This document shows positions 39,013 through 48,304 of a stretch of 64,000 nucleotides of DNA, piece by piece. Below the pieces are notes generated by a model. That model was not told where the DNA came from, searched no databases, and saw only the letters and a program-made list of their open reading frames with translations. Made by a program: the position numbers and the translations under genes. Source of the DNA: Candidatus Bathyarchaeota archaeon (GTDB lineage: Archaea > Thermoproteota > Bathyarchaeia > Bathyarchaeales > Bathycorpusculaceae); the NCBI GenBank assembly GCA_963833575.1, contig CAWHXY010000007.1:416001-480000 (forward strand), written 5' to 3'. Positions within the stretch are counted from its first letter, which is position 1; each line of letters opens with the position of its first letter.

Positions 39013-40119
39013 GTGTACATACCTATCAATCTTCCACAAATTGGCGATGAGGAAATTGCTGCTGTAGTTCGAGTTATGAAAAGCGGCATACTTACTAGCG
39101 GTTTGGGGGCGGGACCTCAAGTTGTTGAGTTCGAGAGGAATTTTGCTGAATTCGCCGGCGTTAAACATGCAATAGCTGTCAACACGGGCACGGCTGCGTT
39201 GCATGCAGCAATCATGGCTTCCAAGGTTAAATTTGGCGATGAAGTAATATTGCCCAGTTTTACTTTTGTCGCAACTGCAGAGGCCGTAGTGTTAGCTGGT
39301 GGCAAACCAGTGTTTGTTGATATTGATCCTGAAACCTTTACACTATCTTCACAAGCAGTTGAAAAAGCCATAACAGAAAAAACGAAGGCTATAGTTCCTG
39401 TGGACCTTTATGGGTTGCCCGCTGATATCAAACCAATCAGAGCGATTGCCGCCAAGCATAGTATATCCATAGTTGAGGATTGTGCCCAGTCGCACGGCGC
39501 AACCTACGAAGACAAGCCAGCAGGCGCGCTAGCGGATCTTGCTTGTTGGAGCCTTTATGCCGCTAAAAACATCGGTACAGGAGAGGGCGGAGTAGTTACA
39601 ACAGACAATGATGAAACGGCTGAAACAGTGCGTATGATTAGAACCCATGGAGAAAAAGTCAAGTACTCATCAACAATCTTAGGCACTAACTACCGTATGA
39701 CAGAGATACAAGCAGCCATCGGTATAGTTCAACTAAAAAAGCTACCAAATTTTCTAGATAAAAGAACAAGAAACGCAAACAACCTAACAACCTTCTTAGA
39801 GAAAAACGAGAAAATATTATTGCCGCCCAAAGTTGAAAATCGAAATCCAAGCTGGTACCTTTACACCATCCGAATAAAAAACGCCACGGAAGAAAAACGA
39901 AATAGCATAATTAAGCAAATGCATGAAAAAGGCATAGGCGCCGAAGCCTACTACCCCACGCCAGTTCACCATATGCAATATTATGAACAAAACTTTGGAA
40001 GATTCAATTTGCCTGAAACTGACAAAGCGGCTAAACAAGTACTATCATTGCCCATTCACCCAAGCGTTACTAATGAGCAGGTGGAGTTCATCGCTAAGAC
40101 ATTTCTAAATCTGTTGTGA
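39013..40119 (+). CDS. DegT/DnrJ/EryC1/StrS PLP-dependent sugar aminotransferase
   Basis: GTAALH, TFVAT, EDCAQSHG, SLYAAKNIGTGEGG, GTNYRM, SLPIHP; GTG start 39013. Confidence 0.93.
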   Translation: MYIPINLPQIGDEEIAAVVRVMKSGILTSGLGAGPQVVEFERNFAEFAGVKHAIAVNTGTAALHAAIMASKVKFGDEVILPSFTFVATAEAVVLAGGKPVFVDIDPETFTLSSQAVEKAITEKTKAIVPVDLYGLPADIKPIRAIAAKHSISIVEDCAQSHGATYEDKPAGALADLACWSLYAAKNIGTGEGGVVTTDNDETAETVRMIRTHGEKVKYSSTILGTNYRMTEIQAAIGIVQLKKLPNFLDKRTRNANNLTTFLEKNEKILLPPKVENRNPSWYLYTIRIKNATEEKRNSIIKQMHEKGIGAEAYYPTPVHHMQYYEQNFGRFNLPETDKAAKQVLSLPIHPSVTNEQVEFIAKTFLNLL

Positions 40120-40269
40120 AAGCAATAATCTAATTGCCGCAAATATCAGACTTTGTGCAATGTCTCAAATAAAATTGTCGTTGAACACATTGGTATATAT
40201 CGGTTTTTGCAATATCGTCTTAAATATGATCTCTTCATAAACAAATTATTGACAAGGACCGTGTTATCA

Positions 40270-40968
40270 TTGGAGAAAGGAGAAAAACAAGTCCAGCATT
40301 CAACTCAAGTAGTCATAGCTGCCTTAAACGAAGAAGAAGGAATTGGCCTCACAATCGCTGAGCTAAAGCATTATCTTGGCAATCCACACGTCCTGGTGGT
40401 TGATGGGAGAAGTACCGACAGAACTGCTGAAGAAGCTAAGAACACGGGGGCTAAAGTTGTCTGTCAAGATGGTTTAGGAAAAGGGGACGCCTTGAAAAAA
40501 GCCCTCAAGTATTTGGATCCAACAGTCGAGTATATTGTCATCACAGATGCTGATTACACTTACCCAGCCGAGTACTTACCTGAAATGATTCAAATTCTCC
40601 AAGAAAACCATGATGTCGGTATGGTGTGTGGCAACCGATTCAATCATCACCTAGCGGTAGAGGCATTGCCTGATGTTTTCTATTTTGGTAATCGATTAAT
40701 TGCTTTTGCTCATAATATGCTAAATGGAGTGCCTTTGAGAGATCCGTTGACAGGTTTGCGCGTGGTCAGAACAGAGATTCTGAGAGATTGGCAGGTTAAG
40801 TCAAAAGGCTTTGACATTGAAGTAGAACTAAATCATCTTGTTGAGCGAAAAGGTTTCACCATCAAAGAAGTCGACATAGCGTATCGGCCAAGATTAGGCG
40901 AAAAGAAACTTGGAATCAGACATAGCACAGAAATTTTCAAACGCATATTACTCGAGACAATATATTAG
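40270..40968 (+). CDS. Glycosyltransferase family 2
   Basis: ALNEEEGI, VDGRSTDRT, GKG, DADYTYP, GFDIEVE motifs; TTG at 40270 is the likely start. Confidence 0.88.
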   Translation: MEKGEKQVQHSTQVVIAALNEEEGIGLTIAELKHYLGNPHVLVVDGRSTDRTAEEAKNTGAKVVCQDGLGKGDALKKALKYLDPTVEYIVITDADYTYPAEYLPEMIQILQENHDVGMVCGNRFNHHLAVEALPDVFYFGNRLIAFAHNMLNGVPLRDPLTGLRVVRTEILRDWQVKSKGFDIEVELNHLVERKGFTIKEVDIAYRPRLGEKKLGIRHSTEIFKRILLETIY

Positions 40969-40986
40969 ACATTATTTAGCGCGCGC

Positions 40987-41389
40987 ATGAAAGACTGGAT
41001 GGGCTACGTTTACCAACAACAAGCTGAACCAACCAACTTTACCGGTGTTCCAGTTCAAATCGCTGTTTTGGACTCTAATGGCAACCATTATCCTATTGAC
41101 ACTGCAACAACAGATGAAAGCGGCACCTACAGCCTCACTTGGGCGCCAACTATCACAGGGCAACTACACAGTTTACGCATCTTTCGACGGCACAAACGGT
41201 TACTGGCAATCAACGGCAGAAACACATCTGTTTGCGAGTGCTCCAGCCTCAACCGCAGCACCAACTAGTACGCCTCAATCAAACCTAGCAACAATGACAG
41301 ACCTGACAACTTCCATGATCGTTGTCGCAGTCGCAATAATCATCGCAATCGCTGTAGCCACAATACTAATCCTTAGAAAACGAGCGTAA
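40987..41389 (+). pseudogene. Truncated, frameshifted C-terminal fragment of the PQQ-like beta-propeller surface protein family
   Basis: MKDWMGYVYQQQAEPTNFTGVPVQIAVLDSNGN…TWAPTITG then frame change at about 41158-41161 (extra G) to NYTVYASFDGTNGY…TM-RKRA; matches C-termini of 48305, 55681 and 58821 genes. Confidence 0.88.
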
Positions 41390-41747
41390 GACTACACAAC
41401 CAAAAAATCCATTTCCCTTTTTTTAGTTTTGAAAAGTAATTGATTGAGAACAAAATATCATTATACCAAAATTTAGTTAGCAGCTCCGAAAAATGGTTGA
41501 AATCTGCGAAAAGCTGCTGGGCAAGTAGTATTCCTTAAAAATTACAAACAATTGATCTATCAGGGTTTGTCGCTGCGTCATTTTAGTGAAATCAAAAATC
41601 ACTAATTAAATTGGTACGTTCATTTTTACCCGCAAAATGGCTTGTTGAATCATTTTGTTGGTTTGTTATGTTACGATTTTGGAATATTGCTTATATGGTT
41701 TTTTTGTGTTTGCCTTATTTAACGCGTGTGAGGGGTTGTAACTTAGT

Positions 41748-42011
41748 TTGCCGAAGCGTGGTTGGGGAACTATAACAATTGATATCTTAGAGGCGACTTT
41801 GACTCCTCAGAAGAAAATGAGAATAATGTACCGATCAAATTTGAATTATGCCCGTTTCAACAAATATTTTTCTGATTGCTTGAAGAAAGGTTTCATAGAA
41901 GCGAAAGAAGACCCTGATGGAAAAGTGTGTTATCACATTTCTCCACGAGGCAAAACTTTGTTGGCAGTTCTTAGGAAGGCACAGGAACTCACGGTTTCTA
42001 ATGAACTGTAA
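41748..42011 (+). CDS. Winged-helix transcriptional regulator (archaeal HTH_45-like)
   Basis: IDILEA…KMRIMYRSNLNYARFNKY…GFI…YHISPRG. Confidence 0.85.
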   Translation: MPKRGWGTITIDILEATLTPQKKMRIMYRSNLNYARFNKYFSDCLKKGFIEAKEDPDGKVCYHISPRGKTLLAVLRKAQELTVSNEL

Positions 42012-42122
42012 GAGTGCAGTTTCCGGAAAAACGACTATACTGGACACAACGCTGGAAACATTATAATATTATATGCGACGGGTAAACAAACTATTCGTCT
42101 CTTTTTTCGCGGTCTTTTCTTT

Positions 42123-42347
42123 TTACTCTTTTATTTTACGTTCCATCTCTGCTCTTTTATTAGTTGTCCAAGTTGCGTCTATTTTCCCTTTGTCAATCGT
42201 GCCAATTTTTATGGATAAAGCAATAATCAAAAAGGCATCCAAAAAACCTGCGATTAGAGATAACAAGTAATTAAATGAAATCAGACCAATCATTAATAGA
42301 ATGCTGCAAGGTACAACGAACCAAGTTAATTGAACCATAATCTCCAA
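42123..42347 (-). CDS. Small membrane protein
   Basis: Two hydrophobic segments, 74 aa. Confidence 0.4.
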   Translation of the reverse strand: MEIMVQLTWFVVPCSILLMIGLISFNYLLSLIAGFLDAFLIIALSIKIGTIDKGKIDATWTTNKRAEMERKIKE

Positions 42348-42653
42348 ACTCTTATCTGCGTTAAAGCAGCGTGTGACTTTATCTTTTAAGCGTTTTTAAC
42401 ATGAGGGAATATACATTAAAAGTGTTTTTCATAGTTCTCAATTTAACTAGAGAAGAAAATGCTACAATAGTCTTTTTGATTTGAATTTTGGGTTTGCTGC
42501 GGCTCTGGGCATTTTCTTCGTTAAATCTTTGAAAACGCTTCTTTAAAATAAAAACGGTGTAGTGGAGGTAGTGTCTCCAGTGAAGGGGCGTTTTAGTCTC
42601 ACCCAAATTATTGCCTGACACTTCGAGAAGCTGGTGGGTGGAGCTGGAATTAA

Positions 42654-44264
42654 TTATGTCACGGCGAAATTGGTCTTTCCTGCAAAACTTTGATACCCTT
42701 TCATTACGACATTGGTTAGTATTGTCCAAGTTCCCGTTGGAGTTCCGCTACGTGATAATTGATAGTTAAAATTGGCTACACCATTAAAGGCTGTATTTTT
42801 GTTCTGGGTCCAAACTGTCGAACCACTTGGATTTATGATGCTAACTGTTACGGATGCGCCTTGCAATGATTTTCCACTTATTGCGTCTTTCACATTAACT
42901 GTTATTGAAACAGAAGAACCTAAGTTGTATGATTGTTTGTTTGTATTTGTTGTGGCGGTTAATGTCGGAATTGGTTTTGGAGTTGATGTGGGGTTTGGAG
43001 TAGCGGTTGGTGTTGGAGACGGAGAAGCAGTAGGTGTAGGAGATGGTGAAGGAGTGGGTGAAGGCGACGGAGTTGTTCCATCGGAAAGTTGGAAGCCAAA
43101 GTGAACGTCTATTATTTGAGAAGAGGTTATGGGACCAAACTCGTTGTCAGCAAAGTATACGTTGTCATTTACAACATCTATTGCCATCCACCTGTCATTG
43201 AAACCTAAACTATTGCTTATTGCAAATAGAGGTATCATTGTTTGAGAAGTCATGTTCCATAAATATATGGTTGGTTGGAATAATTCTTGTCTTGCACATA
43301 TTTCCCACAGAAACATTGATTGTGAATCAATAGCTTCTATTGCTGGATGGTCTTCAGCTGTGGTTTCTGCAAATCCTGAGTCATACATTTGCCAATTTCC
43401 AGTTGTGCTTTTGTAAATAAAGCGGTATGTACTTACTCCTGAAGTTTCATTCGAAAGTAATCCTACTGTTATCCAATTGTTGTTTGCAGATATATGCGGA
43501 AAGTATGCTCCTGGCCCCAGATTATAAGCATAGGTTACATATTCAGTTGACCAACTTGCTAAATCTGCTGAGCTGAAAACTTTTGTTGTTACCCATCCGT
43601 TGCTTCCGCCCCCATTGTTCATGTAGGAAACATATACTTTGCCGTTAAAAATGACTGGTGTAATTTCTAAACCGCTATTCGTATCTTTTCCAATATTTAC
43701 AAAATGATAAGCTGATGGATTATTTGCTTGGTTGGGGTTTACTGACCACACACCTACAGAGTGATTTTGCATATCACAACCAAATAACAGCAAGTTGTGT
43801 AAATTGTCGTAGATAGTTTGTGTAAAGGCATTACATGTTGAGAAAGCCATTGTAACATGAGTAACTTCAGCTAAAGTTGTTTCATTGTAAACAGCAAGCA
43901 CAGTATTAGATGTTTGATACCCAATCATTGGAACATAAATCAAACCATTATAAACATACGCTTCAAAAGCCTCAGCAGTGCTTTGAGTTAAATCTGAAAG
44001 AGGCGTGGAACTTATTAACGACCCAGATAAGTCACTTTTTCTCAATGTATTGTCACTTCTACTTGAGACCATCCATAAGTACCCATCATATATGCTGGGA
44101 TAACTCAAATGGGCACTGTTGTCCGTACTAAGTACTGTATAGGAAGTTGGCACGATATCTGAACTTGATAAACTTCCCTTTGCACTATCTGCATAAATTG
44201 TTGTAACAAAAATTGAACCACAAAACATTAAAATCATAATAATAGTTATTTTTTTATATTTCAT
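42654..44264 (-). CDS. Secreted protein: beta-rich domain, Pro/Thr linker, C-terminal Ig-like domain
   Basis: SD AGGTGA then MKYKK-hydrophobic signal; PSPSPTP linker; TNKQSYNLG…V.ITV.V domain; no C-terminal TM. Confidence 0.75.
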   Translation of the reverse strand: MKYKKITIIMILMFCGSIFVTTIYADSAKGSLSSSDIVPTSYTVLSTDNSAHLSYPSIYDGYLWMVSSRSDNTLRKSDLSGSLISSTPLSDLTQSTAEAFEAYVYNGLIYVPMIGYQTSNTVLAVYNETTLAEVTHVTMAFSTCNAFTQTIYDNLHNLLLFGCDMQNHSVGVWSVNPNQANNPSAYHFVNIGKDTNSGLEITPVIFNGKVYVSYMNNGGGSNGWVTTKVFSSADLASWSTEYVTYAYNLGPGAYFPHISANNNWITVGLLSNETSGVSTYRFIYKSTTGNWQMYDSGFAETTAEDHPAIEAIDSQSMFLWEICARQELFQPTIYLWNMTSQTMIPLFAISNSLGFNDRWMAIDVVNDNVYFADNEFGPITSSQIIDVHFGFQLSDGTTPSPSPTPSPSPTPTASPSPTPTATPNPTSTPKPIPTLTATTNTNKQSYNLGSSVSITVNVKDAISGKSLQGASVTVSIINPSGSTVWTQNKNTAFNGVANFNYQLSRSGTPTGTWTILTNVVMKGYQSFAGKTNFAVT

Positions 44265-44399
44265 TTTTCTCACCTTTCTTGATAAGCGAGCGCTTCCCAT
44301 CAGTCTAAATGTCTATTACTTTCTGTTTTTGTTTTATGTTTTGTGGGTCAATTGTCCATAAAAAAGAGAAATTGCGAAAGACGCATCCAATAGCATTAA

Positions 44400-44578
44400 G
44401 GTCCACAACATCTCCAACAACTAACCCAAATATCTGCGACCTGCCAACTTCAATAACTCAATCAATGACCTCTCCAACACCTACAGTCATAGAGTTACAA
44501 ACATGGATTGTGCTACTTTTTGCAGTTACAACACTTCTATTAACTATAATTGTCAGAAGGAAGATGCCTAAAAAATAG
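44400..44578 (+). pseudogene. Orphan C-terminal sorting/anchor fragment of a surface protein
   Basis: Pro/Thr linker, PTVIEL, TM helix, RRK tail with no upstream domain. Confidence 0.4.
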
Positions 44579-44744
44579 CTCGCTTTCTCTTTTTGTCATC
44601 TTCTGTAAGTGAATGCTCGTTTTTCAAGGCCTCTGTTATTAGTTCATGAGTTTCATATGAGCTCAATTGAAGTTACGATGGTTGGGATATTCAGGGTGTA
44701 ACGTATATGAGCGCGAATAATCACTAACCATTTGGTGTTTTTAG

Positions 44745-45047
44745 ATGGTTGTTGCCAGATTTGCCAAGTTCTACTTCAAAGATGACAAACGTGAGGAAGG
44801 ATTTTCAGAGTTAGACCTTATATTAAACAAACAGGTACGAAGCGCAAAAGGTTATCGAGGCTATGTTTCGATGTTTTCATGTGACCAAGATAACGTTGCC
44901 ACAATTCTAACGATGTGGGAAGACAATGAATCTTTTTTAGGTTCTCAAGAGCTATTTTCTACAGCAATTAACAAAGTTACGCCTTTTTTTGAAAAGCAAC
45001 CTGATGTAGAACAATATAGAATTGATACAGTCAATTTCAATCCGTAG
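44745..45047 (+). CDS. Antibiotic biosynthesis monooxygenase (ABM)-like protein
   Basis: KGYRGY…ILTMWED ferredoxin-like pattern, 100 aa. Confidence 0.75.
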   Translation: MVVARFAKFYFKDDKREEGFSELDLILNKQVRSAKGYRGYVSMFSCDQDNVATILTMWEDNESFLGSQELFSTAINKVTPFFEKQPDVEQYRIDTVNFNP

Positions 45048-45186
45048 GAAGTTATTGAACCTGATTGGGCTGAGCGTTTCTTTTAGTGAAATTCTTTAGA
45101 ATTAGGCAAAAGAGGGAGTTGATCGCTCTCGGCCGAGGGGAAAACATCCTAATATATTCAGAGACTACCCAATTAGGGGCGAGTGC

Positions 45187-45798
45187 ATGACAAGAACTTT
45201 AATTGTTAACTGTTCATTGAAAGATATTGAAAACAAGGTATTGTTTGACGCAATCAGTAAGTTTAGTGACTGCAAAGTTATTCCTTTTGGAGAAATAGAT
45301 TCTGATTACCAAGTCGACAAACAAGTAGACGCTGTAGTTTTGAGTGGCTCTGCAGCTAGGATTGTTGACGATTTGCATAGAGCCATGTTTGAAGGAACCG
45401 CCAATTTGATAAGAAAATTCAATCGACCGATGTTGGGCATTTGTTTTGGTCACCAGTTGCTTTGTTGGGCATGTGGTGCAACAGTTGGCTCCCTTAATCA
45501 ACCCGTTCAGGGTAGGTTCGAAAAAATTGGTGTAATTGCAGGTAATGAGTTATTTGAGGGTATTACTCAACCCATCCTAGCTGAGAATCACTACGATTAT
45601 GTTTTAAAAGAAAGTTTAGGCAAGGCAGGCTTTGTTCTACTTGCGGATTCCCCTTCTTGTGAGACTGAAGCAGTCAAACACAGAATAAAGCCCTTTTATG
45701 GCGTTCAGTTTCATCCCGAACGAGTAAAAGTAAATAATGAGGTTCACGCGGACGGGCACAGAGTGTTAGAGAATTTTTTTAAGAATGTTGTTAGGTGA
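45187..45798 (+). CDS. Class I glutamine amidotransferase (GMP synthase A-like)
   Basis: LSGS, LGICFGHQ, GVQFHPE motifs. Confidence 0.9.
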   Translation: MTRTLIVNCSLKDIENKVLFDAISKFSDCKVIPFGEIDSDYQVDKQVDAVVLSGSAARIVDDLHRAMFEGTANLIRKFNRPMLGICFGHQLLCWACGATVGSLNQPVQGRFEKIGVIAGNELFEGITQPILAENHYDYVLKESLGKAGFVLLADSPSCETEAVKHRIKPFYGVQFHPERVKVNNEVHADGHRVLENFFKNVVR

Positions 45799-45944
45799 TT
45801 TGTTGTCCTTTCGAATGAGATGGTGTTGGAATCAAATTGGTTAGACGGTTTTGCTATCTTTAAAAACATGTCTACGAAGTTAACTGGTCAATAACTCGTA
45901 GAGCAAAATATTTGGCATAACTTCTACTAAGTTAGAAAATCTAT

Positions 45945-46202
45945 TTAGAAATGTGTTCTAGAGACTTCCGCTTCTGTCAATATTAGAGTTAAGGTTGATC
46001 GAACTTTGTCAATGTTACGAATTTTATGTGAAACTGAAGACTTTAGCTCGTCCATAGTGTCTGCCTTGACGCGTACAATCAAATCGTATACACCATACGA
46101 CACGAAAGCTTCTTCTACGTTACACATTTTCTTAAGCTCTTTTAGAACAATATCTTCTGAACCCGACTCAACATTAATCAAAATATAAGCTCGCATAATC
46201 AA
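45945..46202 (-). CDS. Lrp/AsnC ligand-binding-domain protein
   Basis: AYILIN…YGVYDLIVRV…VRSTLTL. Confidence 0.88.
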   Translation of the reverse strand: MIMRAYILINVESGSEDIVLKELKKMCNVEEAFVSYGVYDLIVRVKADTMDELKSSVSHKIRNIDKVRSTLTLILTEAEVSRTHF

Positions 46203-46285
46203 ACACCTATTTTCTAATAAGCGTGAAGTTAATTAAATAGTTTGACACGAAAAGACAAAGCAATGAAAGGGCGCGCGGCGCACGT

Positions 46286-46861
46286 TCATATCTCTTTTCC
46301 AATCGAGAACGCTTGCCCTACGCCTTTTCCAACTTTATGATATGACATCCCTGCAGCATTCCAGATGATCGGGTTCGTTTTTTCAATGTCTGGAAGGTTC
46401 TTTTCATTAAGCACGGACGAATCGGCTTTGACATCTATTATTTCACCTATGAACTCTGTGTGTAGCCCAATTTCAACAATCTTAAGAACTTTGCATTCTA
46501 TAATCAGAGAAAATTCTTTCACATAGGGTGCATCAACAAGATCACTCTTCACAGGAGTAAGTCCTGTTGCTGAGAATTTATCCACCGTTCTCCCCGATGT
46601 GATGCCAAAATAATCAGCTTCCTTGGCATAAGTTTCGGATGGAATACTCACGGTAAACGCTTTACGTTCTACAATATTACCGTAGGTATATGTTGCTTTT
46701 CTCAGAGATACATAGATACACGGCGGTTGGGAACAACAAATTCCTCCCCAAGCGGCAGTCATAACATTTGGTTTTCCCTCTCGGTCATAAGTTCCTACAA
46801 CCCAGACAGGTGTCGTGGGAACGATAGTCTTTGCTCCTAAGGATTTTTTCATGGTAAACAA
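46286..46861 (-). CDS. Flavin reductase / flavoredoxin family protein
   Basis: [23 protein letters not shown]…HTEFIGEI motifs. Confidence 0.88.
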   Translation of the reverse strand: MFTMKKSLGAKTIVPTTPVWVVGTYDREGKPNVMTAAWGGICCSQPPCIYVSLRKATYTYGNIVERKAFTVSIPSETYAKEADYFGITSGRTVDKFSATGLTPVKSDLVDAPYVKEFSLIIECKVLKIVEIGLHTEFIGEIIDVKADSSVLNEKNLPDIEKTNPIIWNAAGMSYHKVGKGVGQAFSIGKEI

Positions 46862-46992
46862 TCCCTCAAGTAAATGCTATTGCCATTTTTACTTAATAAT
46901 GTGCGCTCATCTTTTCTCGCGCCACTTTAAACGATAGAGCGTAAAGTCTATAGTTAACTTTAGACATTGATTTTCTTGTTTTCGGAAAGGAG

Positions 46993-47658
46993 TTGTTTAG
47001 TTTGGATTTACCCGTAGATGTTGATTGTAATCTGATGATTGATCGAGTTATCGAGTCTCGAAGGTCGATCAGAAAGTTTAAGCCGGAAGCTCCTTCAAAA
47101 GAGCTAATAGAGCAAATTCTTCAAGCAGGCCTTCAAGCTCCATACGCCTCGGCAAGCGTCTCAAGAGAAGACTTTAGAAGATTCACAGTTATCCCGCGAG
47201 AAAGCAAAGCAACCGCTCAAGTCGCCGCAATTTTAAAACGTAAAGCTGAATTTTGGAGCAAACAAATGGAGCTTCAAATGCATCATGACGAATTCACTAA
47301 GCAACATGCAGGACCTTTTCTTGAGCGTCTCAAATTGATGGGTGAGCACGGCGTGCCAAACATAGGAAAAGCGCCTTACTATATCGTGGTGGCTGAACAA
47401 CGAGGGATTCCTCCTGTCGAGCATCTTTCGCTGGCACACTGTCTTCAAAACATGTGGTTAAAGGCGGCAGCTTTGGGCTTAGGCTTACAGCTTCTTTCAA
47501 TAACCCAACAATTAGACACGGATAGAGAATTCTGCGACCTGATAAAAATTCCGATTGGCGAATTTGTAATTGACGGCTGCCTAATAGGCTACCCCGACAT
47601 GAAGCCTCCAACACCAAAAAGACCAAACTTAGCCAATGTAACCGAATGGATAAACTAA
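46993..47658 (+). CDS. Nitroreductase family protein
   Basis: RRSIRKF, QAP, QNMWLKAAALGLG, IGYP motifs. Confidence 0.88.
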   Translation: MFSLDLPVDVDCNLMIDRVIESRRSIRKFKPEAPSKELIEQILQAGLQAPYASASVSREDFRRFTVIPRESKATAQVAAILKRKAEFWSKQMELQMHHDEFTKQHAGPFLERLKLMGEHGVPNIGKAPYYIVVAEQRGIPPVEHLSLAHCLQNMWLKAAALGLGLQLLSITQQLDTDREFCDLIKIPIGEFVIDGCLIGYPDMKPPTPKRPNLANVTEWIN

Positions 47659-48145
47659 CTCGGATTTTTTTCCTTCCTAAATAATCTTGTTACAATCGTC
47701 CAAGTTTCGTTTGGTGCAGCAATTTCCGTCGAACTTACAAAGTATTGAACTTAGTAAAGACGAAATCTTTAATTTTTTAAGCAATGAGCTCAAACCAGTT
47801 CGGGGGCAAGCTCGGTCTACCCCACTCTTAGCATGTTTTTGCCAGTAAACTAGGGATAAAATCCTCCTTTACGTTCGATAGGAGGGCGATGAGAAAGACA
47901 AATAGAGAGAGAGCGCTAAACTAAAAACGTCTCTTAGAATTAACCTATTATGATTTTAAAGTCAGTATTAAATGGAATGATATCTTAGTCGTCACGCGAT
48001 TTGCTGATTTTATCTTTTGTCCGTCCCTCGATAGAAATAATACACTTCATCAGGTGCCACCACTCAACCCAATGACATCAAGAGTTTAAATGATCTTCGA
48101 TTGCATTGTAAATAGAAGTTTATTTCAATAGTTTACATTTAGAAA

Positions 48146-48240
48146 GGGTTTGCTGAGGCTCTGGCACAGAAATATAGGACCAAAGAATGTAAAACACGAA
48201 CGTGAACATCGTGAATTTTCTCCAGAGCCTGTTCAGCCCC
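48146..48240 (-). ncRNA. Conserved bulge-helix-bulge stem element, copy 1 (candidate processed RNA)
   Basis: Minus strand GGG-GCTG-AAC-AGGCTCTGG…57 nt…CCAGAGCCT-CAGC-AAA-CCC, 64 nt after stop of 48305..50926. Confidence 0.65.
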
Positions 48241-48304
48241 AATTTTTTTCTTCATTTTGTTTTAGAGGACTAAAAAAAGGGAAAGTGGTTTTTGTTGTTG
48301 GTGT

